64,000 nucleotides of DNA from Schmidtea polychroa (GCA_044892525.1 CM097886.1:161138001-161202000), one strand, 5' to 3'. Counted from the first letter of the stretch, positions 24,271 to 38,115 are shown. Notes: a model not told the origin generated them from the letters alone. Made by a program: numbers and translations.

Positions 24271-26426
24271 TAGGGGCAGGCAAAAAAAAATCAAGGTTAA
24301 CATTTCTCAGGTAGATCTTTCTTAGGTAAATTTTCTAAGACAGATTATTAACAAGACTGGAAAGTTTAAGATTTAAATTATAGCAAATTGCTTAGAGTTT
24401 GTAAATGATTCAGCATAAAAGATTTAAGTTTTAATAAATCGATTAGACTTGATTATATGATTTAGAATGAAAAATGAAGGTAATGCAATGAGACATAAAT
24501 TTCTTCGTTGCAACTTTAACACGAAATAACATTTCGGCTACCGAAATCCACCGCTTTCTTGTCGAAAGTTGGGATGCAGAGAACGTCGTTAGCCTTCGAA
24601 GAGTACACCAGATTACCAGATTGCAGGAGAACAGCGAACACATTTTGAGCGAAAATAAGGTTCAGAAAGACCAAGAACGAGATCTGCAGTAGTGCGTAAA
24701 ATGATTGAAGAAGATTGCCACTTAAGTTGTTTAGCCACTTCAAGAGCCACAGACATTGAAGAAACGAGTGTTCGCCGCATATTGAGACAAGAAATTGGAA
24801 AGAAGTCACTTTGCAGCAGATGGGTTCCTCACATTTTGACTGATAATAACAAAACAATCAGAAACACTTGCTGTCAAGAAATGTTGAATGTTTATTCGGC
24901 AAGAAGGGCTAAGGAAAATATCATTGTGATCAATGAAAAATGGATTTACCTTCAAGACGTACCTCCAGAAAAATGCAACCTTATTGGGGTGGATGGCAGT
25001 GGCGTAGCTACCATATAGCAAGAGTAAGCAATGCATAGGGCCCCACAAGACACGGCGGCCTTTTTTCCAAGTTTCCTTAATTTTCTTCAAAAAAAAATGT
25101 CAAACAACGGCACGGTCGGCACCAGTAAACAGGGACCTCCAAATGATCGATTTGTGGTTTTATGTAATAAAGCTCCGCTGTTTTGTTTACTTATTGCATT
25201 AAGTACATTATTTACCTGCATTTTACCTATTTATGCAATCCCCTCTGTCTGTCCCTCACTAATAACATACTGTATAAGCAAGCAACTTTAGTAATCTAAG
25301 TAAATCGCCCATTCATATAGGGGTCGAAAAATTTGTTTCGCTTGTCGGCTATACACATTTGTCGCTGATACATTACTATCATTTTATAACGATTTATACT
25401 GTTATATTGTATATTGAGCTCTAATTATTTAATTAAATCATCTTTCCAAAGAGGACCCAAAAATGTTTTGTCTGCGGCGCAAAACTCCTCTGTAACTATA
25501 AGCCCTTCTTTCAATTAACACTCTCCCCTCCCCCTTAAAAAATCTTGGGTAGGCCTACGCCACTGGTATTATTCCGTACAAAATAAACAAAGTGTTCCAA
25601 CAAAATTTCGAGAGTTACAAAGTGTTCCGTCGCAGGAAAAGTTTGGGAAACCCTGGTCTAATTCAATTGTGCCTCCAAATGGGGCCAAAAAATATTTTTC
25701 CTGCGGCGCTCCGCTTTATTTCACTTGTGTTGAAGTATAGGGGGCCCATCTATGACTCATTGGATAGGGGCCCAAAATCTCTAGCTACGCCACTGGAGGA
25801 TTGCACAGGTGATCTTGCTACTATCGCTGGACTGACAATATCTGATTGCAAAGTTCTAATTATTGTTGCCAGCAACTATGAAAAATCATTGACGTATTTC
25901 GAACTTCTTCACGACGGTGGATCTATCAATGCTGAGAGATACCTACAATTTCTGCAGAATATGATTTCAAACTTTCAAACAATACTATCTGCTTGCGAAA
26001 TAGTCATTCAGCATGACAGTGCCAGACCTAACATAGCACAGTTGATTATACTTTGGATTGAAGAACACCCTGTGTCTCTATTAAAGCAGCCGACACAATT
26101 CTCATGAATCGCTTTACCTTCAGGAATTACGAGTGCTATCGACGTGGAAAAAACATCAGTAATTCAGGAGAGTTAAGCAACAATTTTCGCCAATATTTGG
26201 AGTCAACATCGGAGGCCAAGCTCACAAGCAAGTTTCAAAATTTTACAATTCACTTCCAGAGTGTCATTGAAACAGATAGAGACTATTTCTAGGCTCTGAT
26301 ATAGTTTACACTTTAAGTATACTTGCACATGCGATTTTCACAAATAAATGTTTTGAATTGTATATTTTTAGATTTTGATAAGATTTCATCGACGTAGAAA
26401 AACGAAATATTTTTTGTAGGCCCTTA
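24271..26426 (+). mobile_element. mariner-family element interrupted by a hAT insertion
   Basis: Imperfect TIRs taggggcaggcaaaaaa / ttttttgtaggccctta with TA on both sides. Transposase NNISATEIHRFL, RWVPHILT, VINEKW, YFELL...SINAERY, IQHDSARP. The frame is restored on removing 24997-25803. Confidence 0.88.
24997..25795. mobile_element. Non-autonomous hAT element (799 bp)
   Basis: Perfect 14-bp TIR cagtggcgtagcta / tagctacgccactg. 8-bp TSD gtggatgg / gaggattg (6/8). ggggccc subterminal motifs. Extra internal right end ctacgccactg at 25555-25565. Confidence 0.85.
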
Positions 26427-28045
26427 TATTTACTATTTTATACTATTTTATATTTCTGGAATCGGATCGAAATTGTTTATAATGCCTATTATGGACAATT
26501 AGCAAATAATTGACATATAAATAATTTTAATTCAATTTTATTTTGACATTTTTTAACTGACAGTTTTTCCAAAATTAAAAAAAATATGAAAATCTTTTTT
26601 CTCATTGATTTTCAACATTTATTTGTTCTGTTTTCAGCTTTTCTATCTTTTCTTTTGATAGTCAAATTTTAAATTTATTCTTGAGTAGTTTACTACATTA
26701 TAATGATTTAAACAAATGTAATTATTAATTGAAAATTATTTTATGATAATTCTCAAATGATTCGTTATTAAAAGGATTTTAACATAATTTATTACAGTTA
26801 AAAGAATATTATAAATGAAAACTCTAAATTAGGAACCATTAAAAATATATTATTTATCTTTATCTATATTTCTACCTTAGACTTTATGATAAAAATCTTT
26901 TACATTTCAATTAAAATTTAATAATTCATTTTTCAATGAATTATTGCGAATTTTAATTAAAAAGGAAATATAAAATGATCGAATATTTTACAATAGAAAG
27001 TTAATTTTTCATTGAGATTTATTTGTTTGAAATAATTTTTTATATATTTATTATATTTGTGATTTATTAATTATAAAATTATTATCAAATAACTAATTGT
27101 TTTATTTTATGAATATTTCATTAAAAAATGTATTAGAAAACTTTATTAGTACTTTTTTCTTGAATGCTGTCTAGTATAATTCTATAAAAGTCTGGCTGCA
27201 AAATAATGAAATAATTGATTATAATGAAATAATTGTTTATAATTAAAATTATTAGCTTTACAATTTGAAAATAATTAAGAAAATTTATAGTAAAAACATA
27301 ATTTATGGGGATTTTGATAAANNNNNNNNNNNNNNNNNNNNNNNNNNNNNNNNNNNNNNNNNNNNNNNNNNNNNNNNNNNNNNNNNNNNNNNNNNNNNNN
27401 NNNNNNNNNNNNNNNNNNNNNNNNNNNNNNNNNNNNNNNNNNNNNNNNNNNNNNNNNNNNNNNNNNNNNNNNNNNNNNNNNNNNNNNNNNNNNNNNNNNT
27501 TGGTAGCAGCATTTATTATTTAAAACAATAAAATGATAATTTAAGCCTTTCGCTGCAAATAATGTATTTAATGAAAAAATTTTGACTATAAGATAGTACT
27601 TGTCAATCTCCAGGAATTTTGCAATGTTCTTCCCCAAAATACCTTTCAATCTTTCTTTTATTTCCTTTCTCTTAATTCTCATTGGTTGTAAATATAATGA
27701 ATTTTTTATTAAAAACTTTTAAAATTTTACTGAGAATTAAAATTAAAAATAATAAAATAAAATAAATACCATTTAAAATTTCAAAATGACACAAACTAAA
27801 AATTTTTAAATTTTTTTATACAGATTCTATAATTAGCTTCTAGAAGCCTAATAAAATATTTCAAAATATTCTAAATAAAGCCTCCAATAACCACTTATAT
27901 ATGCTATTTAAATATTTCAATAAATGTGTCAATTTTGATTTTCAAATCCAATTTTTTAAAATGTTTCTATATTTTTCTAATTATTACTTTTTAATTTATT
28001 ATAATTTCTTTTAATTTCTTTATTTATTGCCAGTTATTCTCAAAG

Positions 28046-29515
28046 TCAATGACAACAGATCAAATTCATGACTTCATTGATTTCTTCTTTAGTGTTGATC
28101 TTTGGCTGTCTGTTTATGATGAGAATTGCTTCTTTGAATCTGACATTTTTTTGTATGTTTCCATTAGCTATGATTTCTATTGAAATATTTTTTCTTTCCT
28201 CTGTTGGCTGACACTGCCGGAGATGTCTGGCCAACGAGGATGTTCCACCAGGATCTAGATGTTCTTTAACTCTTTGGTGCAAGGTCCTGAGTGTACTTCC
28301 AGTGTAGATTTCATTACATACATTGTACGTGATGCAATAGACGATGTTTTTTCTAAAGCACATATCTTTCGGTGTCTGACAGTTTTTCATTGTGCAATTG
28401 TTTTCTCTATTTATGTTGCTTGCCAGAGCCCTTCTCAATGTCCAAGATTTATGTGTTATCCGAATTGGAAGAGCGGTAAGTTTGAGTTCTTTCAGGATCT
28501 TGTAGTCGAGTATGTCACTAATGAATTCAGATAGAAATATTTCTGATTCTTTTGTGTTAATTCCCTAGATCTTCTTGGGGTAGAATTCATTCTTTCAATG
28601 TCCTCACCTTGATATCCGTTTCGGTGTAGGATTTTATTGAAATTTGATTGTTCTTTAAAGTTTTCGTTTTTTTCCGTGCATCGATTGGCTATTCTTTGTT
28701 TCTCGTTTCTTATGACATGTACTTTATGTAAATATGGAAGCGCTGATCTTTGTGCATAAATATTTCTTTGTGAGCTTGTTTTCTGTAGAACCCGTGTGTT
28801 GGAGTATTTGCTTCTATTTTAATTCTCAAATCCAATAAATTGAGGGATCCATCTTCTTCCGGATATTCGATTTCGAACTTAATATTTCGGTGAGCCGCAT
28901 TGAACGTATGAAATATTTCCTCCGCTTCTTTTCTGCTTTTGGTCGTGATGAAGATATTATCTACATATCTTGCGTAGAAACCGATGGGTTGTATGGTCCT
29001 CAGTGCCTGTCGTTCGAGGTTATCCATAAAGATGATTGCTAGCAGTCCTGATATGCTAGAACCCATAGGTAGACCTTTAACTTGTTTATAGATATTTTGC
29101 TCAAAAGGTAAGTAGTTTGGTGATATTCTTGATATTCATTTCCTTTATTAACAAGTTGCAACTTATGTTCAATAATCTTTGATCTTTTCCAATCGTTAAA
29201 ATTATCATATTCCAAATTTCGATTAGTCATTGTTCATAAATTGCAATTCACTTTTAAACTTTAATATTAGAAAACCTTTTAAACTCAAAACTTTTATTTA
29301 AACAAAATACAAAATTTTAAAAATTCACCTTTTTAAACAAATTAGAGCAATTAACGATTCTGAAAAAACAAATCAATTCAATCCAATTTAAATAAAAACA
29401 CAAGTTACAAGTTCCAAACAATACATTGTTCGCGACAGTGTGCGCACACATAAAACCATCACACTCCCAAACCAACGTGCACACAGACGCGACAAATCAC
29501 ATCAGGATTAACCAT
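28046..29515 (-). mobile_element. Penelope-like element 1 (RT C-half + GIY-YIG endonuclease), internally deleted, with 5' leader
   Basis: IYKQVKGLPMGSSISG, YARYVDNIFI, LNLLDL, and GIY-YIG VYCIT...YTGSTLRTLHQRVKEH...RFKEAILI...PKIN. Short N-terminal ORF start at 29230. GC hairpin at 29430-29492. Confidence 0.9.
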
Positions 29516-30216
29516 TATACTTTATTATTATTATTCTTATTATTTAGCTATATTTTATAGATTTTATGAACAAATTTTATTAATTTTTCTTAAATATATA
29601 AAACAAATGTTCTAGTGGTGCTTTTTTATAATAAGACCATTGCCATGTTCATTTAATTTATTTCTCTTTTTATTTTTATGCCAACTTACTAGAAATCTTT
29701 TCTGGACAGTTAATTAACGACTTTGACATAATAATTTTTGAACCATTTTAGGATTTGTAAGTCATTTAAATCATTTATTTCATTTATCCTAACGATTATA
29801 ATCTCAATGTTGATTGTAATATATAAAAATATTGTAATTATTTTATTTAACTATTTACTATAATTTTGGAATCCATTTATATTAAACATTAAAAACGTTT
29901 AGTTAACTATTAAATAATATTAATTTGTTTGTATAAGCCATCAGTCTTGATTTTCTTTCAGTTATTCAGTTTCTACGTCAGTATTTATTCTTGATAAATA
30001 AGCATTAATTTTGCTGTTATATGTTACAATATGCCTTTATTATTAAAAAAATATTTAATGTAATAATTGTTCTGATAATAAATAATAAAAATGTTTAGAA
30101 AATATTATTAAAATGAATTCGTTTCAAATATCACCTTGTTTATTTCTTTAATTATATAGTTAATTGTTAAGAACTAATATTGTTTAAATAAACAATTTTT
30201 TCAACATCAACTGGAT

Positions 30217-31710
30217 ATCGCCATTCGTACATCTTTATCAGTATATATTTCGATAGCATCACTATCATCATCATGTTACCTACATTCACGACGGATGAAT
30301 AACTATACTATATTGATAATATATAAACAAATTATAAAATCTATAAATTTTAAATTATAAATACAAATTTTAAACAATTATTTTTTAAATTATTTAACAT
30401 AACTATTATTAATATACATCAACATACAAAAACTTAATTAAAAACATTCAACGCACACGTATTCACAGCATTCTGCACATTGATTTTAGGATTAAAAGTT
30501 TTTATCAATTATGCTTCACATATCACACGCTCCAAACAATTATCAAATTTTTTGATAAGATTTTAAAATCTGACATTCCTAATTCTCTCATACAGGCTTT
30601 ATTATGATCCTTAATATTGGACACTCCTTTCGGTCAACAATGTTCTTGAACTCGAGTACAGAGATAACTGGAAGTCTCTCCAATGTATGTGGCATTACAC
30701 CCATTACATATGAATTGATACACGAGATCCGATATGTACTTTGCACGATTTTGAAACAATTCTATAATTCAATGTACCCAGCTGTTTACCAATCTTTCTT
30801 TTGAAATCTTCATATCCTTCAGAATACGGCAATACCATCGTATATTTTGGCTCATCTTGTTTGTTAGTATCAATACTCATATTCACTAAATCATTCGACA
30901 TATCAGTAAATTTACATTCATTCATACTACGATCCTTACCATTATTCATACATTTATCAACAGTCTCTTTCAACATTAACAATAAAAACCGTTTTGAGTA
31001 GCCATTCTTCACCAGTAATTCAACTAATTTATCTACATTTTTTTTACTGAATTTTTATAAGTGGAAGATAAGCACAATGATCGATAAACCAATCCTTTCA
31101 CCATGTTTTTTTATATTTAAATTCACAAAAACTCTCTGGGGCCGGTATCTGTTGGTTTTCTATAAATTTCTGTCTCATATTGTTCATCTTTACGTTTAAT
31201 TAACAAGTCAAGAAATGCTATGGATGAATCCTTCTTAGTTTTAAATGTGAATTTAATATTCTTATGCAATCCATTCTGTGATGCAAAAAAGGTTTCATAT
31301 GATCCTTATTTTTAAATATCAGAAAAATATCATCAACATACTTTTTATACAGAATTGGCTTTTCATATCGGAAAGAAGCTATTTTCTTTTCTAAACATGC
31401 CAAAAATATTGACGCCATTGTTGGCGCTAGGGGCGACCCATAGCCACTCATACCATTCATTATTAAAAAGAAAATTAACTTTGGAAGTTGCAAACTCTAA
31501 AAGCTTCCTAAATGCATTTCCATCACACATATTATGCGCATTAATATTTTCATTCCATAATTCACAACATAAATCGATTGTTTCTTTCAACGGGACATTA
31601 ATAAATAAACTACATACATCAAACAAAACCATATACTCATTAACATTATTTTTATTCAATTGTCCTATACATGATGCAAATTCGATAAATAAATATTCTC
31701 ACCGCTGATC
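30217..31710 (-). mobile_element. Penelope-like element 2 (RT + GIY-YIG), 5'-truncated, with 3' pseudo-LTR
   Basis: FDVCSLFINVP, GSPLAPTMA, YKKYVDDIFL, LPYSEG, and VYQFICNGCNATYIGETSSYLCTRVQEH. ORF stop at 30438. Downstream repeat region shared with 13311-13405. Confidence 0.9.
30236..30280 (-). ncRNA. Minimal hammerhead-ribozyme-like motif in the PLE-2 3' pseudo-LTR (degenerate)
   Basis: On -: aTGATGA t GATAG tgatg CTATC GAAA tata TA. The paralog at 13322-13328 has the canonical CTGATGA. Stem I is not resolved. Confidence 0.45.
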
Positions 31711-31894
31711 ATGGTTTTTATATTATTAATATTCGGTGTAGAATAATGAAGTATTTTCACAGTAAATCAACAATGGCTGATTGCTGATGAAATGTTCAAA
31801 CATACAAAGGGCGAATATAAAAATAAAATGATTAACATTTTAATGTTTTCAATTTGTATGGGATAATGAAAAATTTATTTAAATTTTAATGAAT

Positions 31895-32020
31895 TTCACT
31901 TGAAAAATTCAGTGCCGAAAATTCGTGAGTATCAACAAACATCGATATATTACTGATTTATAGTCTTCAAACTCTCTTTTCAATTCAATGGATAAAATAA
32001 TCAGTGGTGAAATTGGAAGA
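31895..32020 (+). repeat. Hammerhead-like dispersed repeat (copy 2)
   Basis: ttcac TTGAAAA a ttc agt gcc GAAA at TC gtgag, then the tail atcaacaaacatcgatatattactgatttatagtcttcaaactctc...atcagtggtga shared with 54692-54810. Confidence 0.65.
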
Positions 32021-32444
32021 AATAAAAGTTCTTATATTAATAATATATATATCCATATTATGAGATTCAAATTTTTACTTCTTTCTCATCTGATTTTAAT
32101 GACAATAAAACAATAAATTCAAGTTATAGCTTATGCAAAAGAAAAATAAAATATAAAAAAGCCATTTAAAGGACTAAATATGTTGTCGAAGGATTATTCA
32201 AACTGCACATTTTACGATATGGAGGTTTATTGAATTTATTAGAAAAGATCAAAGAGACAATATATAAATTGAAAAGAAATATTAAATTTAAATATTAACA
32301 AATTAATAAAATTCAACCAAAATTAAATTTTATTTTTTCCAATACATTTTATTATTATTTTATGAATTAAAAATTCTTTATAGATAAATATAGATAAAAT
32401 AGATAAAATTTATAGATAAAATAATGATCCAAAAATAACAAGTA

Positions 32445-33610
32445 TCCTAAGTTCTTGTCCAAAAGCCGCTTATCGAAGGAAAAAAGTTGTGTAAAAGAAA
32501 AAATAGAATATCTGGCTTATACACAAAATCAATTTATTAAAAAAAGTTATACATTTTTAAAAATTAATTTTTATTAATTAAATTCATCAAATTCCTCTTC
32601 AGATTCAATATTAAGGAATTTAAACACCTCATCCAAAAAATCTGGAATTTCAGATTCGATTTGATTTTCGAATTCTTCTTCAGATTCTTCTTCTCTATCA
32701 ATGGGACGAGATATCACAGTTGTTAGCAATTCGGTTGGATTTTCGCATATATTTGCGGCTTTAAATCCATGTTTAATGCAATCCGCGGTTACTTTACACC
32801 AACATTCGTCGATCCATTGACATACTTCACAAGAAGAGGCTCTTTTTGTTGATCCAGACTTAGTGAATGAATGGTAACCATTGACCATCCAGCTCTCCTA
32901 TTTCTCACGCATTTTGATTTTAAAAGATTAATTAACCTTAAGACCCAGTGTTTGTAATTTAGATGTCAGTCCTCCAGGAATAAAAGCCAATTGTGAATAC
33001 TTTTTCACCTTTTCTTTGATTTCTTCTGTGATGTGAGGTCGAGCCGAATCATATATTAAAACTGATTTCTGGCAAAAAAATGAATTTTTGCGTTAACGTT
33101 AAATGTTTTCTAACCAATAGCTGACCATATCCGCATCAACCCATCCCTTTACGTTTGCTGTGACAGGTTTATTCAGCCACCCGAGCGTGTGTTAACTCGG
33201 TGACGCCCAGAACAGAAAAAATACGCTCCAGCCAACAGCGCCATGCGGGGAGTGAGAGAAACACCAATATTTACACACACTCTCCTCTTAAAGAAATTAA
33301 ATAGGTGCGAGTGAGACCACTGACCTCCTTCCTATTACACCTGTTTGTACTGAATAAACGCATTTATAATATAAAACAAAAAATCAATATGTGTATATTA
33401 TATAAACATTCAAACTTACCTGTGTGTTGATTTTTATCGTTGCAATGAATAAACACATTTAATATAGAAAGTGAGAAAGTGGTAGAAAAGTTATAAAAAG
33501 TTATAAAAAGTTATTAAAAGTTATAGTACATTCGGCTTAAATATTATAGGAGTTTTATTTTAAAAATTCGTATGATTTTTGGTCTCCGGCTTATAGACAC
33601 TAACTTAGGG
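32445..33610 (-). mobile_element. pogo-like DNA transposon deletion derivative
   Basis: Imperfect 24-bp TIRs (19/24) tcctaagttcttgtccaaaagccg / ccctaagttagtgtctataagccg, TA-flanked. DDE C-half KGWVDAD...LIYDSARPHIT...FIPGGLTSKLQ...CIKHGFKAANI. Confidence 0.85.
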
Positions 33611-35617
33611 TAGTATAAAATTGTATGTCTTAGACATTCTTAAAAATTATGAATAATATTGTTGAAATTTAAATAAATACTGTTATAAATAGATATTAAT
33701 TTGAATCAATATTTTATCTATAGAATAATTTTTTATATATAAAATAATTTTTAATTTATAAAATAAGTAATAAAATATATTGGAACAAATAATATTTATA
33801 TCTTTTTGAATTCAACGTTATTTATTATTAAATTTGAAAATTTTCAGGAAAATATAATGATTGCACTAATTAATTATTTCAATATTGAAAAATTAATTTT
33901 CAATAAAAATCTTATTAAATATTTAAATGTTCGTAATTGCTCGTAATCTTTGAAATTTTCTTTCACATAATTGTAGGGTATTAAAATTTTAATCTTTAAC
34001 ATCCTTTTACATTTTTTGGACTCATTTTTTATATGTAAATTTGTTATATCATTGAAAAATAAAACAAACCGAAAAATTTTAAAAAATTAAATTTATATTA
34101 TATATTTCTTATAAATTAAAAATATATGGGTAGATGGAAACATGTTTTACTGTAATACAAAATAATGATAAATACATTAATGAATTAATTTTATATACAG
34201 AGCCAAAATAATTGTGTGTTGACAATAATTAAGAGAACATTTTGTTGGCATGATTTCTATTAATATATTCTGTTGAAAAGATAAATAATTTATTTTGACA
34301 AATAATTCTCAGATTTTTAGAGTACCATATTAAGTAGTGCTTAAGCAATAATTCATTGATAAAATGCAAACATTTCGATGACAATAAACTTTTAATGCTT
34401 TATTTTGATTAAAAAACATGTTTAAGTATATTTAAACTAATTAATTTGTTAAATTTTTCACAATCACTTTCAGAAAACTTATTTATTTAATGGATTGTCG
34501 ACTTTAATTGCTATCCTGTCACCCATATTAATTCGTTAGATTGAGGTTTTATGTATTACAAAATATTATATTATTGATTGTGCATAAAAATTGAATGTTT
34601 TATTAATGTTTAAATTGTTTTAATTAAGCTCTTATTTTCAAAGTATTACTTACATTTTTTGTTTAGTCAAATAAGGTGATAACGTTTTTTTTTCGCCCTT
34701 GCAGTCAAAAAAGTGAATGAATAATATTTTAAAGCCATAACAATAGGTTATTATAAACTACTCTTTCAGTCAGTAATGTTACTGTAGTTTAAAAAATTCA
34801 CTAATGCAAAGTTTTAAAGTAAGTTTTCGATACCGGAATTATTTATACATAATTCAAATAAATAAATAGGTTAAACGATTCCACAATTTTTATTAAATGA
34901 AATATTTTGACCTAAAATAAGTCATGTTTATCCCAATAACAATTAACCAAATATATATATATATATATTTCTTTCTGAATACGATAGAAATTTTAATGCA
35001 ATAATTATCATTTATAATAAAAATATAATAATAATAGTAGCAATTTCTAAAACGAAAATTGACAATATACATTATTTAAATATGATTACGATAACAAGCA
35101 CAAGGAAAGATCACCTAAATATTGTATTTGAATTCAATTTACTTTAGGTCGAAATCTTTAATTGAGGAAAAATCTTGCCCATTTATTTGAATTATTTTTT
35201 ATCAAAATTCTGCAACCAACGACTTTTCATAAATAATAATAATAATAATTATTATTATAGCAATTTTATATATACATACTGTATTTAATGTAAATAAAAT
35301 TATATTTATAAATCATATTTCATTTTATTAAATATTATCAATTCAATTATATAAAATCTAATTAAAATGAAAACTATTCAAAATATAAAATAAAAGCAAT
35401 CTTTTGTTAAGTAAACTTTGATATTTTAATATTTTCCTTATTTTTGAGATAACAAATGATTGATAAATAAAGATAATGCTTACATTAGAGATAGCTCATT
35501 GTCAATATTTGTGAGAAAATTTATTAAAAGAAATAGTAAAGCAGACTTATAAAATAGTGAAATTTATTATAAGCAATAAGGAGTAATAAGTAGAAATGAA
35601 ATTACTAGCAAATATTA

Positions 35618-35623
<6 letters not shown>

Positions 35624-35691
<68 letters not shown>
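35624..35691. repeat. (TA)n microsatellite
   Basis: Perfect dinucleotide run. Confidence 0.99.
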
Positions 35692-35692
<1 letters not shown>

Positions 35693-36045
35693 CATGATTG
35701 TAATGGACTTCTTTAAGGGTTGTACACTAAATAATTGAATAAAGGAATGATCTAATGCAATTTACTATAAAAAACGACATTTATAAAAGAAGAGAAAAGT
35801 TTTTTCATGTTTCTAACATAAGGAAAAATAATTATGAGGTTAAATTAGCCGATTCATTTCATGTTGTCATATTACTCTTATTATAATTAATTGAAGTTCT
35901 GTATCAATTTACATTAGATTTTATTTTCTCACATTATTTGATTGATAAATAATTTAAAATAAATTGACAAAATAATTATAACAAACTATTAAATAACAAC
36001 AGAAATCATATAAATATAAAAAACACATTTTTTTAAAAATATTTT

Positions 36046-36085
36046 TGCAATATATTTCAACAACCCAGTTTGCATCATCAGATAC
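36046..36085 (-). ncRNA. Hammerhead-like motif, PLE pseudo-LTR remnant (degenerate)
   Basis: On -: CTGATGA t gcaaactgggttgtt GAAA tata TT. An inverted partial copy gttgtcGAAAtatattgcaaa lies at 36217-36237. Confidence 0.4.
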
Positions 36086-37037
36086 TAAACAACAATTCAA
36101 ACGATAATTAAATTTGTGGAATCCTAAAAATTTATTAATCCTAAAATTTTAATTTAAGCACTCTCAAAATACACATCATTAATGCATTTTGTATGTGATT
36201 TTATATATTTCAGCAAGTTGTCGAAATATATTGCAAAGGCTTATTGTTAAAATTAGTGTCTTTTTATTTAAATAATAATAATTATTAGTAGTAGTATTAA
36301 TAGTAACTAAATTTATTATTATAATAATAACTATCAAGCTTTCAATTTATAAAGATTACCTTCAAAATCCACGAAATCGTGCAATAAATAAAACAGATAT
36401 TACTGCATAAGGAAAATTTTCACTATAAGATATTATTTATTTATGAGAAATAAATTTATTTCACAGATATTTACAACTGTCAATGGAAATGTCATTACCT
36501 TAATACTAAATAAACATTTTGAAAACATCACAGATAATGAAACTTTAAAATTCACAAGTAATATATTAAGTTTTGTTTTTTCGTTTTTCAAATAGCAAGT
36601 AAAAAAACATAACAAATCTTTTAAATAAAGAACTTAGTAAGTTTGTCCCTAATAATAATTCGTTCTCTATTACAAATAAATCAGTACATATAATACAGAT
36701 CAGTATTTTATTTGAAACAAAAAGACATGTCGGTTTTATTTTATTGACATTACCCCTATTAACATTGATGTAGTTACTTCAAAGATTTACGAAATACTCG
36801 CAATTCATTTTGAAGAAAGTCTTTTGGTCGAAGAAAGTTTATTCACATTTTTTTTTAATTCAGATCTATGAAAATTATATATTAAGAATGAAAACTATTA
36901 ACTTTTATCATCAATAAATATCCACAGCACACTATATAATATTTTAATACATGTCAGAATAATAAAACTTGAATCAAAAAATCAAATATAAAAGATAATG
37001 CAAATGGTCTCATAAGGCGAACATTTAATACTAAATA

Positions 37038-37273
37038 CTCCCTCTGTCCAAAAATGATAGTCCAGTTTGACTTTAAATCGTAATTTCTTTGCAATCACTC
37101 AAATGCTTAAAATGCAGTTTTGTTATTTGTTCAATCAAGAAAATAAAATTATTTAATGTGTTTTTACTGTAAACGGTTTTAAAAAACCGTTCAAATTTTT
37201 ATATTCTCTATAGACAATCATTTTGGGAAAAAGCCTAAAATGCAACTGGACTATCATTTTTGGACAGAGGGAG
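37038..37273. mobile_element. Stowaway-like MITE (236 bp)
   Basis: Perfect 30-bp TIR ctccctctgtccaaaaatgatagtccagtt with TA on both sides. Matches the Stowaway CTCCCTCCGT terminal consensus. Confidence 0.92.
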
Positions 37274-37524
37274 TATCTTTTAAAATTATATTGACTTGTT
37301 AAAATAATTTTCCAAAAAAGATTTTAGATTATTGTTTTACTGATAAATAAAATGAATTAATTAATTAATCTCTTAACATTTACTTGTACGTTTTACAGAC
37401 TTCCTAATCTGATATCTTTTAATTTTAGACTAAATTTAAATGAAACAAAGAATTATATTTATCTTTTAAAAAATAATTTAAACATTTCATTCGAAAGTGA
37501 ATTTAATAGCAGTATTAAATATAT

Positions 37525-37800
37525 CAGCGATTCTTAACCGAGGCCCACTGGTAGGCTGAAGAAACTTTGCAGTTGGCCGTGAAACAAAAATATTATTTTG
37601 AAAAATTTGGAAATGTTTAAAGATTTTAAAATAATTGTGACCAAAAATTAGAAAATCAAAAAATTTTATACCTAGTCGCCGATGAAATTTTTTACTAATC
37701 CATAAACACGCACAAATTGCGATGCATAATTTTTTTAGTGGTCCGCAAATTTCAGATTTTTTAGTTTGCGGTCTGCAAAGAAAAAGGTTTAAGAACCAGT
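37525..37800. mobile_element. Degraded hAT-like MITE
   Basis: cagcgattcttaacc...ggtttaagaaccagt termini and ggtccgc-type subterminal motifs. No TSD. Confidence 0.4.
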
Positions 37801-38115
37801 TTTGCTAATATTGAATGAAAAACAAACAAAGTAATTTGAGTAAAATTTATTGTTTAAATTGAAATATTTAAAATAATACATTTATATACTAATGATGATA
37901 TGACCTCTTCTGATAATTGATATATTCATTCTTTAAATTTTTAAGCATATATCATAAATATTTAATAATTTAATAAAACTATTTAGAAATTCCAATAATA
38001 ATTTAATTTTTTTAAAACTTTATAAAATTTAAAAATTTATTAAAAACTATTGTTACATTTACCTCAACCTCACCAAACACTCAATATAATTAATAAATTT
38101 TTGTTCTTTAAAATA

